A DNA stretch of 64,000 nucleotides from Oikopleura dioica (Eukaryota > Animalia > Chordata), in the NCBI GenBank assembly GCA_907165135.1, contig OU015566.1, positions 13,764,001 through 13,828,000 of the forward strand, read 5' to 3'. The position numbers and the translations under genes are program-made. The notes under the pieces were generated by a model. That model worked only from the letters and a program-made list of their open reading frames with translations. It made no database searches and was not told where the DNA came from. How positions within the stretch are numbered: position 1 is the first letter of the stretch; each line of letters starts with the position of its first letter. Below are positions 11,501 through 24,359 of this stretch, one piece after another.

Positions 11501-14500
11501 GTAGAGAATGTAAAAATCGCTCAACTGTAAAAATATCCTAACTGAAGCGCCAAGAGTACCAACTTCGTAGGCGTTTCCTCTTTTTAAAAAAATATCATAA
11601 GGCCAAGCACCTTTTCAAAGCTTCAGAACCTGTTTCCTGAAGAGAAAGGTAACAACTTTTTGCACATCAGAAAAAGCTAGAAATAATAGATATCTCTAGA
11701 AACATACTATTGTTATTGAAAAAATGACCGTACTAGTTGAACAGTTCAAGTTAGAAGATTTTTTTAGAGAATCATCATGTCATATTTTCATCTTTACGGA
11801 TGCCTCCCGATTCCAAGAGATTTGAGGTAACCGCTACTAACAAGCTTTTTTTACTATTGCCTTTCAATTATTGAATTGTTGGGTCGGTCCGAGAATTCGA
11901 ATTATTTTGCCCGAATTATTTTGCCCGGAGAGCTGGGATTGCTGCTATCTAAGGTCATTTTGAAAAAAGGAGGATTTGAAATGAAAAAAAAGCTTGAACG
12001 AATTTTCACAAAATTACTGTAAAAAGGAAAAAATTGTAGTGAACATAATGATGAACTGAATGATTTGTGAATTGAACTAGAAAAACCTTGTGGAGAAGAA
12101 AAAAATGATGTAAGCTTATTTTTACAAAAACAATGTTTGCGTTATTTTTGATGCACTCATTTACTACTTGAAGCCTGAACTCTGCGTAAAATCTAGACAC
12201 CACAAATGTTTATAAGAAAACATGTTTTTGCTTGGGGTAAATGGGCTATTTACTTGCTGTCTGGCTTTTTTTTGGCCTTTTTCGTTGAATTTTGCCGGAG
12301 TGAGAATATTTCCTATGCGTTTTTTATTTGTATATTATCACCCACGTATAGAATAACTGATAAAAGCCCGGAGGGCAGGACGAATTAGCCCTCAAGCGCG
12401 TGTTTTTCTCATTTTTTCTTAACCCTTTTTTATTACCCTTAACTTTCGAACGCGTTTGTCAACGAGTAGGCCATTTTTGCGCGAAGGGGTTAAAAAGCAA
12501 GGGCAAAATTGACATGCCCTCGGGCGAGTTCGCCTGTTCTCATTAATTTTAGCCGTGTAAGTGGCTCATTAGCCAATTATCTCGTTAGCAAAGTTCATGT
12601 TTTGGAAGGAAAGATCTGGAGTGACGTATTTTTGGGATGGAATCATTGTCAAGGCGCCCCATGTTTTCGAGCTTTAGTTCTTGGGACCACCCGTCGAGCT
12701 TTCAAGCGCCACCCTTCATCATTCAGAGATCAACAAGCTTGAACTCACTTTTTTCAAAAAGATCTGAAAGAAAGGAACTTTTCAATAAGAGAAAAATCAG
12801 CATAGAAAGAAAGGTATTTCCTCCCAACCCACTTCCTGTAATAACAAAAAGAACTCCCCAGTAGTGTGGTACTGAGTTGAAGCTAGCATTTTTTCTTCAA
12901 TTTTTACTTCCGGTCGAGTTAATTTTTTCATCGTGAATTTCGAATGATTTCTGATGAATAAGATTTTTAAATAACGATCGGACGATTTTCATATCGCGCC
13001 ATCAGGTAGCCAGAGCTTTAAGAGTTCGACGCTGCTAAATTAAGGGTGTCGCTTCGTTAATTTAAAAATTCGCCTCTACTGTCAATATTTAACCAACAAA
13101 GTTGAAAATTTCAACTTGAAATTATTGATTGCTTTCTTAGACATTGAGTAATATTGACGTAAGAATACATAAAAAAAGAGTCTGAGAGTCAAAACAGGGC
13201 TGTTTTAAGAGTGTCGCGATAATTAAATTAAATTCGTTTTGAATATTTCTGTCTACCATCAAAATGGTGGTCTAGTAGGTTATAGACAGTTCTTTATTTT
13301 GAGTTCCAGTAATTTTGACCTTTGAAAGCTGGAAACTCAGAATTGCCAATTGAGTAGTTCAGCGTGGAGCTATTCGCGCGTGTCATTTGTCACCTGACGT
13401 CGCCAGAGAGCCAGGCTCATCCGTGTGACTGGCTTTCTATTAGAGGGAATAAAGAACGTCGAAGAGCACAACAAGAGCTGAACTGGCCCCGAGGGCGGTT
13501 GAGCTACCCGCAGTCGGTAAACTGTCACAAAAATAGGAGCCTTGTTAGAGATAACGACACCCGACAAAACCTCCGGCCCATGCTACTTGTCCCCATGAAC
13601 TTTTTGCCGGATGCTTTGGCGATCCTTTTCTAGGAGCCTCACTTTTTCGAAGAGAGAGTAACAGCTCTGCTCTCCGTCGAGAATAATTAACGAGCGCCCT
13701 ACTAGCCACCACCTAAGAGAGGTCACCTCAGAAAAAGAATAAGAGAAGATAGATCCAGATTCAGACCAAAGAAAGAAAGAAAAAGAGAGCGTTAAACAAC
13801 GAAAGGAAAAAAAGAATCGCCAAAGAAAAAGACTGAAAACATAGAGGTGAAAGCAAGCTTCCTAGAAACTCCCAAAAAAGCCCGAAAAAAGGCCCAAAAC
13901 CGACCCACAAACCGACCCGAAAATCGACCGAAAAACCGACCCAAAAACCGACCAAAACGACCCAAAGTCCCAAAAGATCACGAGGGGGGAAAATAAGGGG
14001 CGCACCCGGTTAACCTTTTTTCCCTTCTTTCTTCATAGCTAACGGGACTAGGAAAGAAGAAAAAGAAAAAAAGTGAGGGTTGAACTTTTTGAAACCACTT
14101 TTTCGAACTCCTTCATTTTCTAGCGCTTCGCCCTTCGCGATGGTGTTTTTGAGTTGAGGATTTTCTGTGCCTTCGGGCCGAACAAACCAATTCTGCGAAG
14201 AAATATCGCCTCATCCCTTCTCAATCCCAGCCGGCCTGAGCTTTATTTACACATTTTTATTTTACTTCAAATAATTTTTCAGCAAAAAAAAAAGAGAAGA
14301 AAAACTAAAGTTCAAGCTGTTTTTTCAAGTTCACTCTTTTTGAGAGTAGTTTTTCTTGATTCAGTGAGCCACTGACTCAGCTAACTGCATAAATGTTAAT
14401 CTGCAGTAGGGAAAATAGAGAGAAACTTGCGAGAGCCACTTGCTGGAGCTCAAGAGAAAGAGAGAGAGAAGGAGAGCGGGTGAGTCTCCGCGCCTGGATG

Positions 14501-15346
14501 AACTTTTCCCTCTCTCTTGAACTTTTTTGTTTAGTCTCTCGCTTTCTCGCTTTTCAAATTGGCCCTCGCCTTTTATTTTTTCTGTTTTCTGAGCTGGCTC
14601 ACTGAATGAAGAAAGAGAGGACCCTTTTTAGAAAGAAAAAGAGCAGCAGTCCTTTTTTTGCGAAAATAATTGAGATTTTGAACTAAAAGAGGATTTTCAT
14701 TGAGAGATAGAAAAAAATAAATTTTATTCTTTTTATCAGTCGACAATCGTGTCTGGGGGGCCTTGAGTGCGTGGCTATTCTTTCTCGAACCCGGCAAAAA
14801 TGAGCCAGTCAGACGTAACCCCCCTCGAGAAAGTTTACCTCTTGCCTACGGGTAGGGCCCGGAAATTCAGAAATTCAGAGAACGCCCACGCTTTTTTGGC
14901 TTTTTCTCCAGAGAGAATTTAAAAACTAGCCAATCGAGGAGAAAAAGAAGACAACAGCAAAAATTCTAGCTTTTTTTTCAATAAAAAAGGGTCGATTTTA
15001 ACCATTTTTTTTTTGACAAAAAATCTAGAATTTTCACTTTTGTTCTCTTTTTTTTTCATAAAAGAAAGATTTTATTAAAAAAAAGTGATTGAAATCAACC
15101 TGAAACTGGTTTGACTTCAACCACTTTTTATTAAAAATAAAAAATCTTGAAAGTTCATCAACTCTTGATGTGTGAAAGCGCCGCCCTAAAGACGCCGGTT
15201 TAATTGATTTCGATAAAACTTGCCGTAACAGGCTTGCTGAAGGGCCATTATAAAAACGTTTATTTAACTATTTTTTATGTTCACTTTCTCTCCTTTCAAA
15301 AACGCGCCTTGAAGAAAACGAAAAACTAAAGAGATGATTTTATAGA

Positions 15347-18300
15347 ATGGAATCGTCGGCTCTTATCCCAAATCTTGGGGACCCAAGGAACTTTCCGCCA
15401 ACTTCTTCTGCTTTGGTGAACTTCTCCTCCAATTCAGCACCGTCTCGGGAGAATCAGAGCAATTTTCGTCAGGTAAATCTTTCATTTTTTCAAAAAGCCA
15501 GCGTTTGACCAATCAGAAAGCGGGAAATCGACAATCTTGGACTATCTTTCCGAAGTTTTACCGACAATCTCGGAATATGTAGATCTGGGCTCGGAAACCT
15601 GTGTAGAAAACCTGACTCAGGCTCTGGAAAAGCTGAATTTTAGCTTTTTCAGGATCTGACTCAGGCTTTCTTCACAGGTTGTCAAGCCCAGATTCTAGTG
15701 TTGGCAATCTGCTCTGCGGTTTTCAATTCTAGGGTTACTCGCATAGAAATGATATTTGAAAAAGAATGTCATTAGGTTCCTTTTTTGGTTCTAATTTGCC
15801 TCCCCGGCGGGTCGTCAAAAACTCATCAAACTTCAAACTCAAGTCTCCTTGAGTCAGAAGCGCGTCCTTGCATATATAATATGCAAAAGCTATTAATATA
15901 TAAATAGGGGATCTTGGCGCCTAGTCCTGCCATTCCAGGTCAATACCAGGAGATACAATACGCGTCTCGCCCCGTTTTTTGACCGATTTAGAGGCAGAAT
16001 TGTACTGTTATCATATTCATCCGCTTATGGGAGATGCGACATATAATTTTATCTCTATCCCGGTAGAGTTTTGACATTTATATTATTAAGGGTGCCAACA
16101 CGGATTCAAAGATAAGATCTTCGAAAGAAAGATCGCGCTTTCTTATTTATAAAAGCCATATTGTGTCGACACCCTTAATTATTTCATAACGTAAAACAAG
16201 GCCGAAATAAAGTTGATGATCTTCAGTACTGATAGATGTATAAAGAAGGGTACACCCTTAATCAAGTTCGCTATTGAAAAACAAATGGAAGAGATCTTCC
16301 TTATTTTATTCATAGAATGTCGAGAAACCTACGAAGAAGTCCCTTAAATTGTTGATTTGCTAGACAAAAACCTCTTGCAAAGAAATTAAAACTAATTCTA
16401 GTGCCAAATCTGCTCGGATCAAGCGACTGGTCGCCATTTCGGAGTGCTCGCATGCGAAGGATGCAAGGGCTTCTTCCGGCGCAATATTCAAAAGAACGCC
16501 CGCTTCATTTGCTTTTACAACAATAAGTAAGTAGTTCACGGTGGCGGGTAGCCAGCAGGAGCTAAGCCCGATGGTTTTAGTTGCGACGTGTACGGAATAA
16601 AGAAACGCAAATGTTGCCAGAAATGCCGCATGGATCGATGCTTACAAGCAGGGATGAATCCAGCGCAAATTAAAAAGGAAAGGCGGTCGAAAGGTCAAAG
16701 CGACAGTGTCAATCAGCATCGCGGCTTTTCATTCAAGATCTTTCGGACCCTGACTCAGGATTCTACGTAAAGAATGACGCGTTTTAGTAGACTTTTCTCT
16801 CAAAATTTCGCTAGAAAGAAAGCGCCCTTGATTAGCGTCAATTATTAGCGTTATCGATCCTTTATTTTTTAAAAATTAATAGTGATCCGGGTCCTCTTGA
16901 ATTGCTCAAAGGAATGAACCCCTTTTGACCCTCTCGAACAGAATAACCCCACTCGAAAGAAGCCGCGAAACGAAAAGACGCCAGCTTCGAATCCGACGCC
17001 GAATCCAGCCACTGTGACGCTGAATCCAGTGCCGCGCCTTTCCTTCGACCCTGCCGCTGGTTTCGGCAGCTCGTAAGTTCATTTATTCGATTCCATTCGA
17101 TAATTGAGTTCTGTAGCGCGCGTCACACAGATCTGCTGCTCGCAAGAAACAACCGAACCCAATCGCCCAGTCCGTCCAACGAAGTTGAAACTAGCTACGA
17201 ATCGACCATTTCTTCCCCTTCAAAACGCTCCTACAGTGCTGTCAGTCAAAAGGTAAAACGAAAAACCTTACTTTCAAGCGATAAAATAATAAGCCTCTGT
17301 CTGCCCGACAAAAGCTTCTGACAGGCCATAAGCCCGTCATAAAAAGTGAAGTTTAATTAGTCTACCTCAAGAAAAACAAGCTCGAAAATAACCATCATCG
17401 CCGCGCTAACTTTACGGTATAATAACCATCGCACAACTACTACTATTAATAACTGCGTAACGAGTCTTCTGATCGACTTTAACAACTGGCTATAACCTTA
17501 AGAGCGACGCCAAGGTTATTGTTCCGGTCAATCAGGCGCCGTTACGTTTTTCTTCATTGTATATTATATATACAGTATATATTACGATGGCTAATTATCA
17601 CTATGAGGGAAAGCTTTTCTGGACGCCGAGGTCCCTGACTCAGGTTTCTACAGGGGCTGCTGAGCCCGAAAATTGGTTAACGACCTGAAAACCCACCTTG
17701 ATTTTGAACTTTTCCCAATAAACTTTCCCATCTATTCGAGTTTGCGCTCGTAAACTGGGACTAACCTACCTTTCAGACTGGAGCCTCCTCGACAGGTACA
17801 GCTTCGACGCGCCCTTCCGTCATCAGGAAAGAGCACAACGGGCGCATCTGGATCATCGACACCGAAACGAGCTCAGAAATCCTCGAGCGCGTGCACCACG
17901 CTTCCGATCTTGGCCTCAATCGCGGGGCGCACCGACCGCCAGCTTCGCTACCGCCCAGAAAGTGCTGGCTCTCCTCTTGGAACCAGCCACAGCGCATGGC
18001 AGGTATAGCTTTTATCTAATCATGTAACTCGTAAATCATCAGTGCTGTAATTTATGATTCAATGACGCGTTTTTTGATTAGATTTTTATGCACTGTGAGT
18101 TTAAAATTAATACGAGGCCGAGTTGGAACGACAGCCATTATTTTACTGTAGCGTCATTGTTCTCTGCATCAATAATTACTCGTCTGACAGGGCGTTCCAA
18201 ACCGACATCGTCATTAGTTTTACCCTTCAAGGTTTCAGCAAGTCATTATCTTTGAATGCAACTACATAATTCATACGTATGCCCGTTCAACTTTGTCCAG

Positions 18301-20503
18301 GGAAGAATTAGCCTGGCAAAAGCTGCGGATCGATAAGATCCAGCGACTTGATTATCCGATGCGTTGAGCGAGAGGGAGGCAAAGTTCAGTATTTGAACTC
18401 CACATCTCTCTAAAGAGCCCTAAAGAATGAAGGATCGATCACGAGTGTTTTCTTTGTGAATAAAAACAGGAAATAACTCATTTTTAACGAGCTTTTCAAT
18501 TAGCGATCCAGCAATCGAACAAAATTCTTTTTATCAATTTTAAATAATAAATATTTTTTAGATGTCAAAACAGAAATTCGGGAGCGCGAAACCGCCGACG
18601 AAGTTACCAAAATTGTCTTCAAGAACAGCTACGAAACGAGCATGGCCTGCAAGGAACTCTGTCAAAGTTGTCCCTGCTTCAGCAGATTGGATGAAAACGA
18701 TCAAAATCAGCTGTTTGAGAAGGCGCGCTACGAATTGCTCATTGTAAGTTCAGGAAGTCGGGTTTTATGATGGGCTTTGGAGGCTTTTGATTTGCTAGAA
18801 GTTCTAGCAAGCCGTATCCAATCACAGGCCGTTATTTCCTCTCTCAGCCAATCAAATGAGTCAAATTTTCTGCGTAATGCCCGAATGGTCACCCCATTTT
18901 ATTTTCGGAGAAATATTCTTGCTCATATTTTCGACCAATTGAATCAAACGCTCATTTGCTTTGGACACTCTTTCGCTCGTGTGCGTGCAAAAGAGTGTTT
19001 GAGCATTTGAGCGCCCGAGCAAATGAGCGCGCCGAGCATTTGAGTGTGCTCCGGCTAGAACAGTATATGGTAGCTTTTAATTGGATAAATGAGGCAATTC
19101 TGACTTCTGGTTGGCTAAATGTCTAAGTCAAAAAATATTGCTTTCTGATTGGCTCAGACATAAAATTATGGCTTCTGATTGGCTAAGAGAACCCATTGAA
19201 CTCTAGATTTGCTAGGAACCGTATCAGCTCCTAATAGGAGACTCCTGTTCTGAGTGGTCAAATTTGACCGGCTGATTCTAATATTTGTTGTTGTGGTTAA
19301 AAATACGGCTCTATGAGCAGATGCGATAGGTCTCGCGAACGTTCATTTATTTAATTCCTAATTCAAAATATTTACGCTTGTTTAGGTCTATTCCTATTAC
19401 CAGAACAAGATGACCATCAAGAAGACCGCAGAGAATTCGAATAACATGATGAAGCAACTCATCAACTCGCTGGACAAGTGCGACATCAAGACGTGGGAGG
19501 ACGTTAAGCTCATCATGCTGCTATCGGTGCTCAGCAGGGATCGTCTGGGCAAGATAAACGCCATCAGAGACGTCAAACTAATCGAAGAGTAAGTTCGACA
19601 GTCTTGGGAAAATTAAATGAACTGATAGAACTTCTATCTGACTGACTATTCCAAGTTGGAATTTCCAACCTGAAAATCAATCTCATACTAAAGAAGAATC
19701 TCTTTTGACCAGCCATAAGCCGCTTGCGGCTTCGAGCAACATAAAACATAAGCCGCTCGTAGCGCGGCTTTTTGACATTTTATTGGCCGAAGATGCTAGC
19801 GGCTTATGGCTTGTCAAAAGAGATTCTTCTTTAGTTGAATTGAAAGGCAATTCAAATTTGAGCACATCAGATTCTGGTGTTTTAATTGAAATCGATGTTT
19901 TATAAAAAAAAAAGAATTTTCTGCTTGGCAAAGCAAAAAGAAACAAAATTGCCTGTGCTGAATCTGTTTAATTTGCGTATTTGATTAGCCAAAAGAGCAA
20001 ATACCGGCTTTGAATTTGCGAACCCCGTTGAACTCGGAACGAACTCGGTGAAAGAGAGTAGCTGGGAATTGTTCAAAGTCGCTTTTTGTTCAAGAAACTA
20101 AACAAAAATCGTGCCATTTCGAAGCTTCAGAGTGCGGCTTGTTTGAGCATAGTTTTGCGGTCGGTGCAGTTTTTTAAACTTGTTTAGTCGGCATGAAAGT
20201 ACGCTTCGAAATGGCCTGGGGAAAAGTGGGGTTGAAAAGAAGTCTAGTTCACGAACTTCTGCCAAAATTAAATGATGCCAATTTTAGCCAATCGAATGAA
20301 ACTCATTCTAATCTTTGATTTTCAGATCTTCAAACGAAGTGGTCGCACAAATCGAAGAACAGTTCGCAGAAGTCGGCGAAGGCGGCCTCAAAAAGTCGAT
20401 TCTAGTGATGATCGTAATGAGCCAGTTGCGCGAAGTAAACGAGTTCTGGAACCGCTGCGATCTGGACATCAACGGAGTGCCAAATGAAGAAGAGCAGCAC
20501 TGA
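15347..20503 (+). CDS. Nuclear receptor, NR1-type DNA-binding domain, divergent short ligand-binding domain
   Basis: [30 protein letters not shown]...[27 protein letters not shown] (P-box CEGCKG; exons 16402-16526 and from 16581). LBD signature [13 protein letters not shown] (18562-18745). Further exons 19386-19589 and 20326-20503. Confidence 0.9.
15583..15693. mobile_element. Palindromic MITE-like repeat carrying TGACTCA motifs
   Basis: Inverted ends ATCTGGGCT...AGCCCAGAT with two TGACTCA. Related copies at 21834-21940 and 48185-48420; fragments near 16748, 17633 and 23060. Confidence 0.7.
16090..16174. mobile_element. 85-bp TTAA-flanked MITE (Kolobok-like termini)
   Basis: TTAA-GGGTGCCAACAC...GTGTCGACACCC-TTAA. 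Confidence 0.6.
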
Positions 20504-21833
20504 AACGAAAAAAACGAAAAACTGAAAGTTCTATTTTTAATTTATAATTAACGTGATCGCGAGTTCTTCATGCAAACTGCCTCCGTTCACCGACACAAGT
20601 ATTCTTGAGGTGTAGACTTTTATGCATTTATTACCTAATTTTAATTTTATTGGCGAGTTTATTCATGTTTGCGTTTTTTTTTCTTAATTTATCTTTTCCA
20701 AAATCATAGACTAAAAATGAGTCTTCAAGTTTTGATGACCCGCTTTCTTAACCCCTTCCACCATATCTACCAATTTATTGGCAAAGCTCAAACCAATCAA
20801 AAACCCATCATCAAAACCGCTACAGACAAGTCTTATTATAAGATCAGCCCCAAAACCAATCCCTAAAAAGCTTGGTTTTGGGGGTGACCTTATAATGAAA
20901 TATGTCTGTATGGGTTGCTGACGATAGATTTTTTGATAGATTTGAGCTTTACCAATAAATTGTTCAACATATCCCAGTGGGTTAATTTCTGTCTGACTCT
21001 CTTTTGAAATTCAGTAAGATCAGAAGTCCTCCATGATTTTTCAATTCAATATTCAATATTCGAGAAAAAAAAAACAAAACCACCGTTCCCAGCTCAATCC
21101 TCGCACAGTTAAAAACAAAACTAAAAAAAAAGTTGTTAACACAAAGTAGGTGTACTCTTCTAGCCTGAAATATTTATAAAAAAAATTTGTTTTTTTTTGC
21201 TCTTGAAAAGTTTTCAAATTGTGTCTTCTCATCCCTTTCAAATTCTAATTTTAATTCTATCCGACCCTTTTTGCCCAAATTTCCTGACTCTTTCTAACTT
21301 TGGCATTTTTCAACTCCCTAGTTTTTAAAACAAAGTCTACCCAACTCCAAAGGTCGTCGTTTCCTGCCCAAATAACAGCGCAAATTGAATTTTGAGATTT
21401 TTCAAAAAAAAAATACTCTTCCTTTTTCTTGAAACCAAACAACTACTTTTAAAACAACAACCACAACAGCAAACCAAAACAAAAAAATAAGTGACTTACG
21501 AAACTTTTGTGAATAGGCCCGTTCAAAAGTTCAAAGAAAAGAAAATCTTCTGCTTTACAACTTGTTAAAGTTTATTATTTACGAAAGAAGTGAAACAAAA
21601 CTGTACATATTATTATTCCAAGATAAACAATGATTGAACTCCCAGTCAATTCTCAATTCTTCCGTGTGTTTGTTTGCCTTTTAGAAAATAGAGATTCCAA
21701 GGGCCAGGAATTTCTACTGCAGGATTTTAATTAGTTTCTTACATTCTATGGGGTTTTATGGGTTTCTTATGGGGTAAGCTCCTTGGTGAGAATACCACTG
21801 CCTGATTGGCTGAAAACCGCAATGGAACGCATC

Positions 21834-21940
21834 ATCTGGGCTCCGAAACCTGTTTGGAAAACCTGAGTCAGGGCCTGTGAAGCATCTGGTTGATTTTCAT
21901 GCCCTGACTCACGCTTTCTACACAGGTTATCGAGCCCAGC
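21834..21940. mobile_element. Copy of the TGACTCA-bearing MITE-like repeat
   Basis: ATCTGGGCTCCGAAACCTGTTTGGAAAACCTGAGTCAGG...CAGGTTATCGAGCCCAG. Confidence 0.65.
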
Positions 21941-22569
21941 TTATGAGGTTAGGTCTAGACTCTAGAGTAAGAATACCGCCCTCTGATTGGCTGAAAATCC
22001 CCATAGAACCCATCATTTTATTCTTTTGTTTGTGCATTTTTCATATGACAGTATGGACCATACTGTATGGTTGTTTCTTATGGAATCGTTTTCTTTATCT
22101 GTTTTTACGTTTTAGTTTTAGATAATATTGAAGCTAAACCAAGGTGATGCTCATTTTCCAAGTTGATTTTACAATTTCCCTTTCTTTTATTTCATTTTTT
22201 TCCGCGTAGTTGACAGTAATTAAGGTTCTTCTCGCAATTTTCATCGAATTTTCGCGAAATTGAAGAATTCGTTTTTTTGAATTTGGCGCGTATTGATTTA
22301 ATTTGCTCTCGTCGCTCTTATTTTAATATCGTCTTTTTCTTCATTTTCGCCTTTTCATAGAGAATTACTGTCAGTTGCGTTTTACTGTGTCAAATTTTGA
22401 TGAACAAGGTTTAGTTCGAAAAGATTCAATTCTAGCGTTTTCTTGAACTTTCTATTTTTCTCCCTTTCTGCGTTTTTGTTTTCTTGCGTCAATATTTCGT
22501 CATTTTTTGCATTCTTGAGTTTTGATTTTTCTATTTTCAGAAAGAAAAAAGAGAAAGAAAAGAAGGAAA

Positions 22570-24004
22570 ATGGCTGCGATTCTTCAGGGCGTTGGAAAAT
22601 TGGCCGCCACAGCTGGTTTTGTCGGTGTTGCAGTTAATAGCTGCATTTACAATGTTGATGCTGGATGTAGAGGTGTTATCTTCGATCGATTTAGAGGAGT
22701 GCTTCAGGATGTCAAGCAAGAAGGTGAGAAAGATAGAATTGAAGGGCATTTCGGAGATGATGATATGTACAGTAACTGGTGTTAATTCAGGCATAAATGA
22801 GATAGAGTTACTTCCATTGAAAGCTAGTACTGAAACAAACTCCTAAAATACCTTAAATTTGATCATTTTTCTGATCGAAATCGCTGATATTTGATGTTAT
22901 ATATGATGTAATATTTTATGAAACATCCATCTTATCGAAGAACAATTTCGATGAGAAAAGTGGCTAAATTTGAGGCATTTTAGGACTTCATTTTTGTACC
23001 AATTATCATGAGACAGTCTCTCATTGAGACTAACTCTATCAAATTAATGCCTGTACTTTCGGGCTCGACAACCTGACTCAGTTTCTCCCTCAGGGTCCAT
23101 CTATTGAAACAATCCTTTTCTAGGCACTCATTTGCTGATTCCCTTCATCCAAACTCCACACATCTACGACGTGAAAACGAACCCAAAAATGATCCGAACC
23201 GCCACCGGTTCCAACGATTTGCAGACAGTCAACGTTTCTCTTCGAATTCTTTACCGACCGGAGCCGGCCAAATTGCCTCAAATCTATTCCGAGCTTGGTT
23301 TGGACTACGATGAGCGAGTTTTGCCTTCTATTACTAATGAAGTTTTAAAGGTACGAGAAAAACACGCGCCCCGGGGCACGATTGATGTTGTTTTAGGCTG
23401 TTATTGCTCGATATAATGCGGAAGAGCTGATTACTAAACGTTATACTGTCACTGAAGCTATTACCAAACTCCTGACTGAACGAGCTGATCAATTCGGGTA
23501 AGATAGTAATAAACGCTGCTCGTTTATTTGACGCTCGAAGCCGGAAGTGGCTTCTTGATTTGTCGAATCATTTTTATCACAAAATAACGCTTTTTTCAAC
23601 CTCTTTTAAAATTTAGTATTATCCTTGACGATGTTGCTCTTACCCACCTGACTTTCTCGAACGAGTTCACCTCCGCCGTCGAACAGAAACAGATCGCTCA
23701 ACAGAAAGCTGAAATGGCTCGATACAGAGTCGAAGAAGCTGAACAGCGAAAATTGGCCGCCATTATTCGAGCGGAAGGTGATGCTGAAGCTGCCAAGTTG
23801 GTTTCTGATGTAAGCTGAAATAGGCGCTTCCGTCCGTTGAATTAATCATTTTAGGCGATGCAAAAATCGGGCGAAGGCTTGATCGAAATGCGAAAGCTCG
23901 AAGCCGCAGAAGAGATCTCGACGAACTTGTCCCGAAACCAGCGCGTCACCTACCTTCCATCGGGCCAGAATTCCCCTGGTCTCTTGCTGAACTTGCAGAG
24001 CTAA
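22570..24004 (+). CDS. PHB1: Prohibitin 1
   Basis: [19 protein letters not shown]...[14 protein letters not shown]...[34 protein letters not shown]...[26 protein letters not shown]...[23 protein letters not shown]; multi-exon. Confidence 0.95.
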
Positions 24005-24359
24005 AGAACGAGCGAATAGATTCAATTTTACACCAACTGTGAAATAATTAACTGAAATACATCCTGCCTCTAGAATTAAGAAGAAAAAACAGCTGTTCAT
24101 GAGTAACTGACTGAACTATCACGTGTCTCTGAAAAAGATATACCAGCTTTAATTTATTATTTCTTCCCTTGTTGTCGTTGGCTTTCGAACTTGCATCTTT
24201 CAGCCCTTCTTTCTCTCTGACTCGCAGGAAAAAAAAACATCATAGGAATCAATTTGAATCGACTCTTATTAAAATTAATTAAAAAAGTTTGTTTACCTTC
24301 CCATTCTTCTTCAGAATGGGAATCAGATAATTTAACAAGCCCAAAAAGCCATATCAAAA

